This document shows positions 48,075 to 57,856 of a stretch of DNA of 64,000 nucleotides, in pieces. A program made the position numbers and the translations under genes. Numbering within the stretch: position 1 is the stretch's first letter; each line of letters opens with the position of its first letter. The DNA comes from Leptospiraceae bacterium (GTDB lineage Bacteria > Spirochaetota > Leptospiria > Leptospirales > Leptonemataceae). The notes under the pieces were generated by a model. That model was not told the origin of the DNA and searched no databases. It saw only the letters and a program-made list of their open reading frames with translations. The stretch is taken from NCBI GenBank assembly GCA_040217195.1, contig JAVJNR010000002.1, positions 224,001 to 288,000 on the forward strand, given 5' to 3'.

Positions 48075-48722
48075 ATGAAACTTCGCATTATTAGTACGGC
48101 TCTCTGTTCGGTCCTTTTTTTCAACGGATGCGTCACCTGGATGGCTGGAATTCCAGATGCGGGACCACCCATACAGAGAAGCGAACCACCCATTCTAGTA
48201 ATGGAGATTCGCTCGGTGGACATAACCATGACCGGGGCCGTGAATACAGATGCCGAGGAACTGGTGGAAATGGTCCGGGAAAGCGATAAATATCGAGAAC
48301 TGGTCCTGGTCGGTCCTGCATCCACGGATGTGGCCTTGCTCCGTGAAACGATTGAGACTGAATGCCCCAGGCAAAGAGAAAAGAATCCCGGTGAGGTTCT
48401 CTGTCTGAGGGTAACTGTGGGCCATGATGTAGCCAACTCTCCCAGTCCAATCTGGGTTCTTCCGCTTTCATTTCTCTCCGGACTGTCAATCTTCTGGATT
48501 CCTCTCTATATTAGAGGACCCAGAAAGTACCATCTGGAAGTGTTCTCCGAGAACACAGACTTCAACGACCCTCCGCGAAGAAGCTATTCAATCTCACAGA
48601 ACATCCTCGGTGGATGGCTAATGTTGCCTTTCTTCTGGATATCATATATTACTCCGGACGAAGAGACTCTATGGGAAGGCTTCTTAAGCGAAGCCAGGGA
48701 GCTGGAATCCTCCTCCAGATAA
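48075..48722 (+). CDS. Hypothetical lipoprotein, paralogue of 45608-46273
   Basis: Lipobox-like FNGC; motifs shared with 45608. Confidence 0.8.
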   Translation: MKLRIISTALCSVLFFNGCVTWMAGIPDAGPPIQRSEPPILVMEIRSVDITMTGAVNTDAEELVEMVRESDKYRELVLVGPASTDVALLRETIETECPRQREKNPGEVLCLRVTVGHDVANSPSPIWVLPLSFLSGLSIFWIPLYIRGPRKYHLEVFSENTDFNDPPRRSYSISQNILGGWLMLPFFWISYITPDEETLWEGFLSEARELESSSR

Positions 48723-48781
48723 TCCAAATACATGTGATGCTAAAAGCACTCAGGATCGAAGAAGCATCAGATTCGTTAAAG

Positions 48782-48811
48782 GGTCCCTGCATTGCAGGGG
48801 CCTGTTTTTTT
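48782..48811 (+). terminator. Intrinsic terminator, possibly bidirectional
   Basis: GGTCCCTGC-ATT-GCAGGGGCC followed by TGTTTTTTT, between convergent genes. Confidence 0.75.
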
Positions 48812-48839
48812 ACGGATGATGTCTTAACTTCCCGGCTGG

Positions 48840-49298
48840 CTAAATTGAATCCAGAGCCTGTCGTGCCACACCTATTTGCTCCGTCAGTTTCTGTTCCAGA
48901 TCCTTGCCCAGGGTCCTTGCATACCTTGCATAAAGTGCCTTCCAGGCCCCGCGAATGGAGTCTTCCATTCGTCTGGCTTTTGCGGTGGCATATACCTGAG
49001 CGGTGCGGCCCTCCAGTTTCCTTTCAATCAAGGCCAATTGTTCCAGACGGTCCAGAAACCGGGTGATGGTAGATGGCTTGAAACTCAGCTGCCGGGCAAT
49101 ATCAGAAGGCTGAATGCCAGGATTTTTCAAAGCAACAAGCAATACAAATCCATGAGAGGGTGCCATTCCAATCTTCCCGAATTCTTCCTCGGCAAACTCT
49201 GTTAATTTTCGATTAAGTGCGCTTGTTGTGAAAAATAAACAGGAGCTAAAGTCCTGTTTGGGCTCCTGTTTATCAGACTTATTGCTGGCCGGATTCAT
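48840..49298 (-). CDS. MarR-family transcriptional regulator
   Basis: CLFFTTSALNR and PSTITRFLDRLE...LIER winged helix; ATGA overlap with sppA. Confidence 0.9.
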   Translation of the reverse strand: MNPASNKSDKQEPKQDFSSCLFFTTSALNRKLTEFAEEEFGKIGMAPSHGFVLLVALKNPGIQPSDIARQLSFKPSTITRFLDRLEQLALIERKLEGRTAQVYATAKARRMEDSIRGAWKALYARYARTLGKDLEQKLTEQIGVARQALDSI

Positions 49299-50326
49299 GG
49301 ATTCCAGAGAAAATAGAACTTGGCGCTGGATCCCGGAAAGGCCAGTTGTCTCAGTATCTGATTGAGCTCGGATACGTTCGCAGTTGAGGTTTCATGAATA
49401 CTCTTGATTGGTCGGGCAGACCTGGTATAAACCACGAGCATTGGATCTGGATCCGTGCCTTTATAATTCTTGAGCTTCTGGGTCTTGATTACAAATTCAT
49501 CGAAATACCCGATGTCATCGATCAAGCCAAATTCCTTCGCTTGATTCGCAGTATAGATTCTTCCATCGGCCAGCTTCAATATTTTCTCTCGATTCAGATC
49601 CGGGCGACCTGCCTCTACCACGGTTACAAACCTTTGATACATATCATCAACGACGGTTTGTAGAATCTGCCTTTGCTCTTCCGTCATCTCCGCAGTGGGT
49701 CTGCCAATGGCCTTATTCTTGCCTGATGTGATGGAGTATTCCTTAACACCAATCTTATCCAGCCCCTCTTTTATATTCAATACGGCGAAAATCACGCCTA
49801 TAGATCCGGTAACCGTTGTAGGATGTGCGTACACTCGATCTGCGGCCATGGCAATGTAATAACCACCGCTGGCTGCAAGATCCATGAAGACTGCAACAAT
49901 CGGAATATTTCTCCGCTCTTTGAACTTCTTGATTTCACGATAAATCAAATCGCTGGCTGTGGCTCCTCCTCCGGGACTATTGATCTTAAGTATGATGGCA
50001 GTGATTCTCGGATCGTCCATTGCTCGTTTGAGCTGACCTGCCACTTCTGCCACCGTGCTGTCTTTATTCGGGCCCAGGAATTCAGAAGAGCCCTCACTGG
50101 AGATGACTCCATCAATCGGAATAATCAATATCTTCTCCGGTCCGGTGCCCTGCAGAGTCCGCTCTTGATAATCCTGTAGTGGAGTAGGTAAATTTATGTC
50201 AAAAAAAGAGACAGAGCAGGATGAGACCAGAATTAGAGATACGAGTGCTGGAATCAATCCTCTGGAAATGACTTGCCGAGTATGCCGAATAACTTGAGTG
50301 TACATCAGATACAGGGAGTCATTCAT
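49295..50326 (-). CDS. sppA: Signal peptide peptidase SppA (36K type, probable lipoprotein)
   Basis: INSPGG, AASGGYYIA, TGSIGV and DGRIYT motifs; lipobox-like LVSSC. Confidence 0.92.
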   Translation of the reverse strand: MNDSLYLMYTQVIRHTRQVISRGLIPALVSLILVSSCSVSFFDINLPTPLQDYQERTLQGTGPEKILIIPIDGVISSEGSSEFLGPNKDSTVAEVAGQLKRAMDDPRITAIILKINSPGGGATASDLIYREIKKFKERRNIPIVAVFMDLAASGGYYIAMAADRVYAHPTTVTGSIGVIFAVLNIKEGLDKIGVKEYSITSGKNKAIGRPTAEMTEEQRQILQTVVDDMYQRFVTVVEAGRPDLNREKILKLADGRIYTANQAKEFGLIDDIGYFDEFVIKTQKLKNYKGTDPDPMLVVYTRSARPIKSIHETSTANVSELNQILRQLAFPGSSAKFYFLWNP

Positions 50327-50389
50327 TCAACTATGGGTAAAGTGAAAAACCGCGAAACGAGGGAACTGAATTCAGGGATAAATCATGCT

Positions 50390-51244
50390 ATGCGAACGTC
50401 CGGAGCAAAGAAATGGCCTTCCCGTCCCACCGTCTTATTGGCTCTGGTCACCTTTTCTCTGCTAGTTTTCCATTGCAGCGGTTGCTCGGACGATGATCTA
50501 AGACTGGTTCGCATGGACAGCGATACCAGTCTGTTTTCGGAGCCATCCACATCCTCGGATCGCCTGGGTCGTGTTCCTGCGGGTCAGCTTGTTGAGATCC
50601 TGGGCGAAGGTCCCTCGGAAGAGGGCACCGAAAAGAAATGGTATGAGATAGTCTGGAAAGGGAAGCAAGGATTCATGCTTCTGGATCCTTCCAAAGTTGA
50701 ATTTCGCACAAGTGCCTCCGAGACTGAGGAAGAGATAGAAGAGGATGCCGGGGATGATTCGGAAACGGATGGAGAACTTTCTCTTCAGCCAAAGCGACTG
50801 AAACCTGCTAACTTTGACCCTTCCGGTGAGGAGTTTTCCCTGGGCCTGGGCTGCACAGGAAGTACTCATTCGGAGTATTCTGTTTCCCTGAGTTTTTCGG
50901 AAGACGAGGTAACAATGACGGATTCGGGGCTTCTGGAATACGGGATGCCCGGAGAGGCTTGCGGAAGCACTTATGAAGAGGTATTTGTTGGTTCCTATGA
51001 TTCAGTGAATGGCGAATTGATTGTTCAATTTCGCCGGCAAATCAGTCGGGTTTCCACAGCCAAATTTCCTAACTGCAGCGCGACGAAAGTCAGCGAAGAG
51101 ATTAATAAGATTCAACGCAAGGATCGATTTTTTATGCTGGAATGCGATGGGAAACATGCACTGCAAATGGATCCCAGCACTGGCAATGAGTCCGGGGATG
51201 CAGAAAGCCATAGTTTTGCGGATCAGTACTTTGTAGTTCAGTAG
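50390..51244 (+). CDS. SH3-like domain-containing exported protein or lipoprotein
   Basis: Signal/lipobox VFHC; LFSEPSTSSDRLGRVPAG...WYEIVWKGKQGFM resembles bacterial SH3; ATG at 50390 preferred. Confidence 0.7.
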   Translation: MRTSGAKKWPSRPTVLLALVTFSLLVFHCSGCSDDDLRLVRMDSDTSLFSEPSTSSDRLGRVPAGQLVEILGEGPSEEGTEKKWYEIVWKGKQGFMLLDPSKVEFRTSASETEEEIEEDAGDDSETDGELSLQPKRLKPANFDPSGEEFSLGLGCTGSTHSEYSVSLSFSEDEVTMTDSGLLEYGMPGEACGSTYEEVFVGSYDSVNGELIVQFRRQISRVSTAKFPNCSATKVSEEINKIQRKDRFFMLECDGKHALQMDPSTGNESGDAESHSFADQYFVVQ

Positions 51245-51354
51245 CCCTCTAATTTACTCTCGGTAAAGGGGCCAACCGTTACATCGCGGGAGCGGACGAT
51301 CAGATCTAGCTGCCAGGAATTGATACGATTAGACTTAACGTTACTGATCTACGA

Positions 51355-52809
51355 TTAGCGGCTCTCTTCAAGCATGTATTCGGTAAACAAATCCTTTTGA
51401 TTTCCTTTCTCCTGGCTGTCCTGAAGCGCAAGTGGGTAGTTACCTGAAAAGCAGGCATCGCACCAGTTCTGGTCCGGCCTGGTGATCTTCATTGCTTTGT
51501 GAGCTCCTTCAAGGGTCAGGTAACCCAGGGAATCCACGCCCAGATACTTTTTGATCTCTTCTACTGAGTGGGATGACGCTATCAATTCCGTTCTTGTAGG
51601 AATGTCTATCCCATAAAAGCAGGGAAACTGAGTGGGCGGGGCCGAAATTCGTAGATGGATTTCCTTGGCCTGTGCTTTGCGCAGCATCTTTATGAGCTTT
51701 CGCGCAGTAGTTCCTCGCATAATGGAATCATCAATTAGAACCACTCGTTTTCCCCGAATGGCTGATTCCACTACATTGTACTTGATTCTTGCGCCAAAAT
51801 CCCGGATCTTCTGTTCCGGTTCTATGAAAGTACGTCCAATGTAATGCGAGCGAATCAGCCCCATGGTAAAAGGAAGTCCGCTTTCCTCAGCATATCCCAG
51901 GGCTGCCACGGTGGAGGAATCCGGAACACTTACAACACAGTCTGCATCCACTGGATACTCCAGGGCCAGGATCTTGCCCAGGTTTTTGCGAACTTCATAA
52001 ACGCTTTGATTGAATATTGTTGAATCCGGCCGTGCGAAATAGATATTTTCGAAGATGCAGAGTGATTCCTTTTTTTGCTCAAAAGGAAAGAAGGAGGTTA
52101 CGCCTGTTTGATCAACGCGAATCACTTCTCCTGGCTCCACATCTCTGTCATATTTTGCATCTGTAATATCAAAGGCGCAGGTTTCGGATGCGAAAACAAT
52201 GGAACCATCCGGGCGATGTCCCATTACCAGAGGGCGAAATCCATTCGGATCTCTAATAGCATAGAGCGCATCCCTGGTAAGAATTATAAGGCTATAAGCA
52301 CCGGAAATTGTTCTGAGTGCATCACAAAGTGCATCCAGAAAATCCGTATGACCGCTACGAGCCATCAAATGAACGATAACTTCTGAATCGATTGTAGTTT
52401 GGAATATGGAGCCTTTCTTTTCCAGCTCTGCTCTTAAAGACCAGGAATTAACCAGATTTCCATTATGGGCCAGGGAAAATGCACCCAGGTTGGATTCTAC
52501 ACGAATGGGCTGTGCATTTCTAAGAAAGGAAGCTCCTGTAGTTGAGTATCGATTATGGCCTATGGCAGCACTGCCAGCCAGCTGAGAAAGTTTGTCCTTT
52601 TCAAAGACCTGGGCAACCTGCCCCATGCCGGCGTATCGGTAGAGTCGTTCTCCATCGGTTGTGACAATACCAGCACTTTCCTGGCCGCGGTGTTGAAGTG
52701 AGTAGAGGCCGAGGTAAGTGAAATTCGAGGCCTCCGGACAGCCATAGATTCCGTATATGCCGCATTCCTCCTTCGGCCGATGCTCGGAGGAGGATGTCTC
52801 AAATTTCAT
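51355..52809 (-). CDS. purF: Amidophosphoribosyltransferase
   Basis: Propeptide followed by EECGIYG; LQHRGQESAG, GHNRYST, AHNGNL and LIDDSIMRGTT. Confidence 0.97.
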   Translation of the reverse strand: MKFETSSSEHRPKEECGIYGIYGCPEASNFTYLGLYSLQHRGQESAGIVTTDGERLYRYAGMGQVAQVFEKDKLSQLAGSAAIGHNRYSTTGASFLRNAQPIRVESNLGAFSLAHNGNLVNSWSLRAELEKKGSIFQTTIDSEVIVHLMARSGHTDFLDALCDALRTISGAYSLIILTRDALYAIRDPNGFRPLVMGHRPDGSIVFASETCAFDITDAKYDRDVEPGEVIRVDQTGVTSFFPFEQKKESLCIFENIYFARPDSTIFNQSVYEVRKNLGKILALEYPVDADCVVSVPDSSTVAALGYAEESGLPFTMGLIRSHYIGRTFIEPEQKIRDFGARIKYNVVESAIRGKRVVLIDDSIMRGTTARKLIKMLRKAQAKEIHLRISAPPTQFPCFYGIDIPTRTELIASSHSVEEIKKYLGVDSLGYLTLEGAHKAMKITRPDQNWCDACFSGNYPLALQDSQEKGNQKDLFTEYMLEESR

Positions 52810-52850
52810 GTTTCCAGAAAGGTAAAAGCAGATAGAATTGGAACTAAAAA

Positions 52851-54896
52851 ATGCAGCCGGACAAGGAAAAACAGCAGAGACGAAACATGCAGCGATTCTT
52901 GCTGCAGAATCCTCTTCTCAGGTCTCTGGTACCGGATGCTCCGGCTGTCAGGCAATTTCTGGATTCGGTTCGATTATTGGACTTCCGCCGAGGAGAGGCG
53001 GTCTATGAAGAGGGTGAAGTTGCTGATTGTTTCTACATTGTGCGGCATGGGGAGGTTCATCGCTATCACAGAGAGGCGGATGGAAGTTCTCGCTTGATCG
53101 GTATTCATGGCCGGGGCAGTGTTCTGGGCGAGGTGAGCTTTCTGGCCGGAGAAAGACATGGTGCTCGAGCTCAGGCGGTGCTGGATTCTCAACTAGTAAA
53201 GATCGATCAGGAAGCCTGGGCTACACTTATTGAGCAGGAGCCAGAAGCATTGTCCGGCCTGGTCAGGATTCTATCCCGTCGGTTTCACCGTACCATGGAT
53301 CCGGCGGAGCAGTTAGAACCGGCCCGGCTTCATGTTCTAGCCTATCCAGATGATCCGGCCAGGGGGCATTTGCTGGCTCATGTATTATCTGAAGTTCTGG
53401 TAAGCGAAAATCATGGGCCGGTATTGCTTCTAGAACTGGGCTCCCCCAATGAACTGGATACGGAATTCTCTCCACTTCCGGAAGAGCTGGCACTGTATTT
53501 CGACTTAAACAAGAAGGGCTCATCGAATGCATCTCTGGCGGATCGAATGCAGCTACTGGATCGTCCGGTGGAACTATTCGAATGGCTGCGATCACTTTCC
53601 CATCCAAGTCCCAGAGGATATGATCACATAGATGCCAGTCCTCTCATGAATCTGGCCCCGGAAGCCCGGGCGAAAGCAGCTCATTCCATTCCTGCACTTC
53701 TTGGCCTCATGCGAAAATTCTATTCTCTTGTTCTGGTTCATGCAGGTCATTATACAGGTAAGCCGGATCCGATGCTGGGCGAAATTTACAGAAGCTGTGA
53801 TTTGATCGGTTGCGCCAGAGATTCTGGAACGGCTGCAGGTCCTCGCTGGATGGAGTATCGCCGCCGCCTTTCCAGACTGTTGCCCGATTTTTTCGATAAA
53901 CTCGTATCGATATCGGAAGAAAATCACAGCTACAGCCGGGAAAAAGAGCGAAATCCGGACAGATCTATTCCTTTGAAGCAGAACCGTATTCGTTTGTTTC
54001 TGCATGAGAATCGCCGGCTAAATGCAAATTCTCCGGGAATGCATCGACTGGCGCGAAAGCTAAGTGGCACTTTGCGAGGCCTGTGTCTCGGGGGCGGAGG
54101 AGCCAGGGCGTATGCACATGCAGGAGTTCTGGAGGTGCTGGAACAGGAAGGAATAGAGTTCGATGGAATCTCCGGTACATCCATGGGCGCGGTAGTGGGT
54201 GCTGCCCATGCAGCCGGTATTTCAGCAAGAGAAATTCAGCATCTGCTGCGAAAGAGTTTGCCGGACTCGGATGCAATTCTAGACAAAGGGCTTCCAATTG
54301 TAAGCTTCTTTAAGGGGGATAAGCTTAACCAGGTTTTGATGGATGTTTTCTCGGGTCTGCAGTTCGAGGATATGCAGATTCCATTTTTCTGTAACAGTAC
54401 CGATCTAAATACCGGCGAAAGCCTGATCTTTGAGAGCGGCTATGTCTCCATGGCTTTAAGGGCCAGCGTTAGTATTCCTGGAGTTTTTCCGCCCGTACAA
54501 ATGCCTCCCTATACCCTGGTAGATGGGGGAATATTAAATAACCTGCCTGGAGATGTGCTCAGAACAAGAGGATTCAGCCGAGTCGTGGGAGTGAATGTAA
54601 CGCCCATGGAAGATGATCGGTCCAGCCAGACAAGAGTGGATTTTTCGGAAGGTGTGCAAGGAGTCATGGAGTATTTTAGCCGTCCTCCGGTGCTATCTAT
54701 CATCACTCGTTCCATTGCTGTGGAGGGTCGGGAGCTTCTGAGGTTTCGATTGCAGGATTTTGATTTCATTTTGAATCCGGAAATCAGTGCTTTTGACATT
54801 TTTGACTTTGGCCGGCATGATCAGATTTTCGAGGCCGGTCGGGCGGAGGCGCGATTGAGGATTAGTGAGCTCTGGCAGGCATTGCTCCGCCATTAG
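52851..54896 (+). CDS. Cyclic-nucleotide-binding and patatin-like phospholipase protein
   Basis: N-terminal cNMP domain (LGEVSFL...ARAQA); patatin GGGGARA, GTSMG and VDGG. Confidence 0.9.
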   Translation: MQPDKEKQQRRNMQRFLLQNPLLRSLVPDAPAVRQFLDSVRLLDFRRGEAVYEEGEVADCFYIVRHGEVHRYHREADGSSRLIGIHGRGSVLGEVSFLAGERHGARAQAVLDSQLVKIDQEAWATLIEQEPEALSGLVRILSRRFHRTMDPAEQLEPARLHVLAYPDDPARGHLLAHVLSEVLVSENHGPVLLLELGSPNELDTEFSPLPEELALYFDLNKKGSSNASLADRMQLLDRPVELFEWLRSLSHPSPRGYDHIDASPLMNLAPEARAKAAHSIPALLGLMRKFYSLVLVHAGHYTGKPDPMLGEIYRSCDLIGCARDSGTAAGPRWMEYRRRLSRLLPDFFDKLVSISEENHSYSREKERNPDRSIPLKQNRIRLFLHENRRLNANSPGMHRLARKLSGTLRGLCLGGGGARAYAHAGVLEVLEQEGIEFDGISGTSMGAVVGAAHAAGISAREIQHLLRKSLPDSDAILDKGLPIVSFFKGDKLNQVLMDVFSGLQFEDMQIPFFCNSTDLNTGESLIFESGYVSMALRASVSIPGVFPPVQMPPYTLVDGGILNNLPGDVLRTRGFSRVVGVNVTPMEDDRSSQTRVDFSEGVQGVMEYFSRPPVLSIITRSIAVEGRELLRFRLQDFDFILNPEISAFDIFDFGRHDQIFEAGRAEARLRISELWQALLRH

Positions 54897-54957
54897 CGGT
54901 AATTGATTGCCTCTGCGATTCCCGGGAGGAAGGTGTGTTGTCAGGCAAGGCAATAGA

Positions 54958-55581
54958 ATGAAAGAACTAAGAAAAGAGTACATCAAGAAAACACTGGAAG
55001 AAGAAACCACAGGAATGGATCCCCTGGAACTTTTTCACACCTGGTTTGAAGAGGCCCAGATCAGCGAAGAGGATGCCAATGCCATGAGTCTGGCAACTGT
55101 GGATGGAGTGGGTCAGCCAGATGTAAGAATTGTCCTTCTTAAAGATCTAAGAGCCGAGGGATTTGTATTTTTCACCAACTATGATTCTAAGAAGGGTATG
55201 GATCTGGTGGCGAATAATCGAGCCGGACTTTGTTTCTTCTGGAGAAGCCTGGAAAGACAGGTACGGGTTCAGGGAACAGTGCAGCGTGTGCCGGTGCAAG
55301 AATCCGAGGAGTATTTTAACAGTAGGCCCCTGGAAAGCAGATATGGTGCCATAGCATCCAGGCAGAGCGAACCAGTGGATTCCAGAGGCGTTCTGGAAAA
55401 GAAGATGAAGGAAGTGAAATCTCAATACGGGGAAAATCCGCCCAGACCGGAATCCTGGGGCGGTTACGTTCTGGATCCTGCCAGAATTGAATTCTGGCAG
55501 GGCCGGGCCGGCCGGTTGCATGATCGGTTGATGTACGAAAAAAAGGGAGAGACCTGGCGTCGTATCCGGCTCAGTCCCTGA
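54958..55581 (+). CDS. pdxH: Pyridoxamine 5'-phosphate oxidase
   Basis: AMSLAT, RIVLLK, FFTNYDS, ERQVRV, YFNSRP and IEFWQGRAGRLHDR. Confidence 0.96.
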   Translation: MKELRKEYIKKTLEEETTGMDPLELFHTWFEEAQISEEDANAMSLATVDGVGQPDVRIVLLKDLRAEGFVFFTNYDSKKGMDLVANNRAGLCFFWRSLERQVRVQGTVQRVPVQESEEYFNSRPLESRYGAIASRQSEPVDSRGVLEKKMKEVKSQYGENPPRPESWGGYVLDPARIEFWQGRAGRLHDRLMYEKKGETWRRIRLSP

Positions 55582-55672
55582 TGGATATGCATAGCGAAAA
55601 CTCTGGAATGATCAAGGCAAGGGGCCTGGCGGACTGTCTGCACAAAAGGGACCGGCCGCAGATCGAAGGAAT

Positions 55673-57802
55673 ATGCGAAAGTTGGCACGGTTCTCCCTGA
55701 TGAAAATCATTCAAATTATTCTATTTCTGCTCATTTCTGGCTCCGGTCTCCAGGCACAGAGTGTTTCTAGAGGTGTTCTGGATCTTCGCAACGCAGACCT
55801 GGAGACTATTCACTTCCTGGACGGTGAATGGGCCTTTTATTGGAATCGCCTTGTAAACCCGCTGGAATTGCGTAGCCCGGAGTCCGTCCAGATTGCGGCC
55901 ACAGCTCCTGCATCGGAAAAGCCGGATACATTTGCAGAAGTTCCTGACGATTGGAACGGATTGAAACTGGGCAATCATACCCTGGAAGGAACCGGGATTG
56001 CAACATATTACCTGCGAATTCTTTTGCCCGAGGAGCATCCTCCTCTATCGCTCAAGCTTCTGGATGAGTCCAGCGCCTACGCCTTATACGTAAACGGCAA
56101 ACTGTACGGCGAAAATGGGCAGGTTTCCCGAACCGAAGAAAACTACATACCCAGCTATCGCACTCGACTCTTTGAACTACAGGAGAAGGGTCAGGTTCTG
56201 GATCTAGTTTTACATGTTGCTAATTTCGGACATCGAAAGGGTGGACTGTGGGAGCGAATTAGAATTGGGCCCCAGGATAAGATTCGTCAGTACCGGGAAG
56301 GAAGGATAGTCTTTGAAAGCTTTATCGCTGGAACGCTGGTAATCATGGGCTTCTATCACCTGGGATTATTTTATCTGCGAAGGAAAGATCTATCAACACT
56401 CTGGTTCGGTCTATTCTGTTTAATTATTGTTCTTCGCCTGGTATTAATCGGGGAGCGATTGCTTCATGGAATCATACCTCTGGGCTGGTGGGAAACTCTG
56501 CTCAGACTGGAATACCTTAGTGTCTATGGCGGTGTGACTACTTTTATTGCCTTTGTGCACAGTCTATACCCTGGAGAAACCAGTCGTCGATTTCTTCAGG
56601 TGCTACTGGCTATCAGCGCTGGATTCGCATGCTTTGTACTGGTTACACCTACGTTGCTGTTTACTCCTTCTGTGGATTATTTTCAGTTTGTGCTTCTGAC
56701 GGCCATCGCCTATGCGGTGGGAGTATTTGGATTGGCAATTTACAGGAAGCGAGAAGGAGCCATATTTGTGAGCGTTGCATCTCTGGTTCTTTGTGCCACG
56801 GTCGTAAATGATCTTGCATACAACCAGCAATTGATACGTACAGCTCAGCTCGTTGCAGTGGGACTATTTGTTTTTATCTTTATTCAGGCATTCATTCTCT
56901 CCATTCGATTCTCCAGGGCTTTCTCCACTATCGAAAGCATGAAGGATAATTTGCAGCAATACAATCAGGCTTATAGCCGATTTGTTCCAGAAGAGTTTTT
57001 GAAGTACCTGCACAAAGAAAGCATCCTGGATATTCGCCTGGGCGATCAGGTGCAGGAAACCATGAGTATTCTGTTTCTGGACATTCGGGACTTCACTCAG
57101 AGATCCGAAAGGATGTCTCCAGCAGAAACGTTTGGGTTTATCAATGAATACCTGGGTCGAGTGGGTCCGTTGATTCGAGATCATGATGGATTCATAGATA
57201 AATACCTGGGCGACGGACTGATGGCACTTTTTCCCGGAAAGCCCCGGGATGCGGTGGAAGCAGGTCTGGCAATACAACGAGCTGTTCAGACATTCAATCA
57301 GGAACTAATGCAGCAGAATCTGGCTCCTATTCGAATTGGCATCGGAATTCATACAGGATTGCTGATGCTGGGAACTGTGGGCGAAGCGGAGCGAATGGAT
57401 GGAACTGTGATATCCGATGCAGTGAATCTGGCCGCTCGAACAGAAGGCTTAACTCGAATTTATGGGGTTAGCATGATTGTAAGTCAGGATACTCTGTTCC
57501 ATCTGGACGATCCGACTCGCTATAGCTATAGGTTTCTGGGCAAAGTGCGCGTGAAGGGAAAAGATGAGCCGGTAAGCATTTTTGAGTTTTTCGACCTGGA
57601 TGAAAAGGAAGCCAGGACAATCAAGGTAGTAACCCGGGAGGACTTTGAGCGAGGAGTGATGCAGCTTCATGAGAAGGATTTCCTGGGAGCTCGAAAGTCC
57701 TTCCAGGCTGTTCTCAGAGCAGCCCCCGACGATGGTGCTGTGGTCTATTATCTGTCCCGACTGGAAAAGATTCTTATGCGAAAACCGGATCTGGTTGATT
57801 GA
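55673..57802 (+). CDS. 7TM-DISM adenylate/guanylate cyclase
   Basis: Periplasmic LDGEWAFYW domain and ~7 TM; FLDIRDFT, DKYLGDG, GIGIHTG and DAVNLAAR. Confidence 0.92.
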   Translation: MRKLARFSLMKIIQIILFLLISGSGLQAQSVSRGVLDLRNADLETIHFLDGEWAFYWNRLVNPLELRSPESVQIAATAPASEKPDTFAEVPDDWNGLKLGNHTLEGTGIATYYLRILLPEEHPPLSLKLLDESSAYALYVNGKLYGENGQVSRTEENYIPSYRTRLFELQEKGQVLDLVLHVANFGHRKGGLWERIRIGPQDKIRQYREGRIVFESFIAGTLVIMGFYHLGLFYLRRKDLSTLWFGLFCLIIVLRLVLIGERLLHGIIPLGWWETLLRLEYLSVYGGVTTFIAFVHSLYPGETSRRFLQVLLAISAGFACFVLVTPTLLFTPSVDYFQFVLLTAIAYAVGVFGLAIYRKREGAIFVSVASLVLCATVVNDLAYNQQLIRTAQLVAVGLFVFIFIQAFILSIRFSRAFSTIESMKDNLQQYNQAYSRFVPEEFLKYLHKESILDIRLGDQVQETMSILFLDIRDFTQRSERMSPAETFGFINEYLGRVGPLIRDHDGFIDKYLGDGLMALFPGKPRDAVEAGLAIQRAVQTFNQELMQQNLAPIRIGIGIHTGLLMLGTVGEAERMDGTVISDAVNLAARTEGLTRIYGVSMIVSQDTLFHLDDPTRYSYRFLGKVRVKGKDEPVSIFEFFDLDEKEARTIKVVTREDFERGVMQLHEKDFLGARKSFQAVLRAAPDDGAVVYYLSRLEKILMRKPDLVD

Positions 57803-57856
57803 AGATGCCAGGAAGGGAATTGCTATCACAGACCCTAAGTCATAACCCGTTCATTA

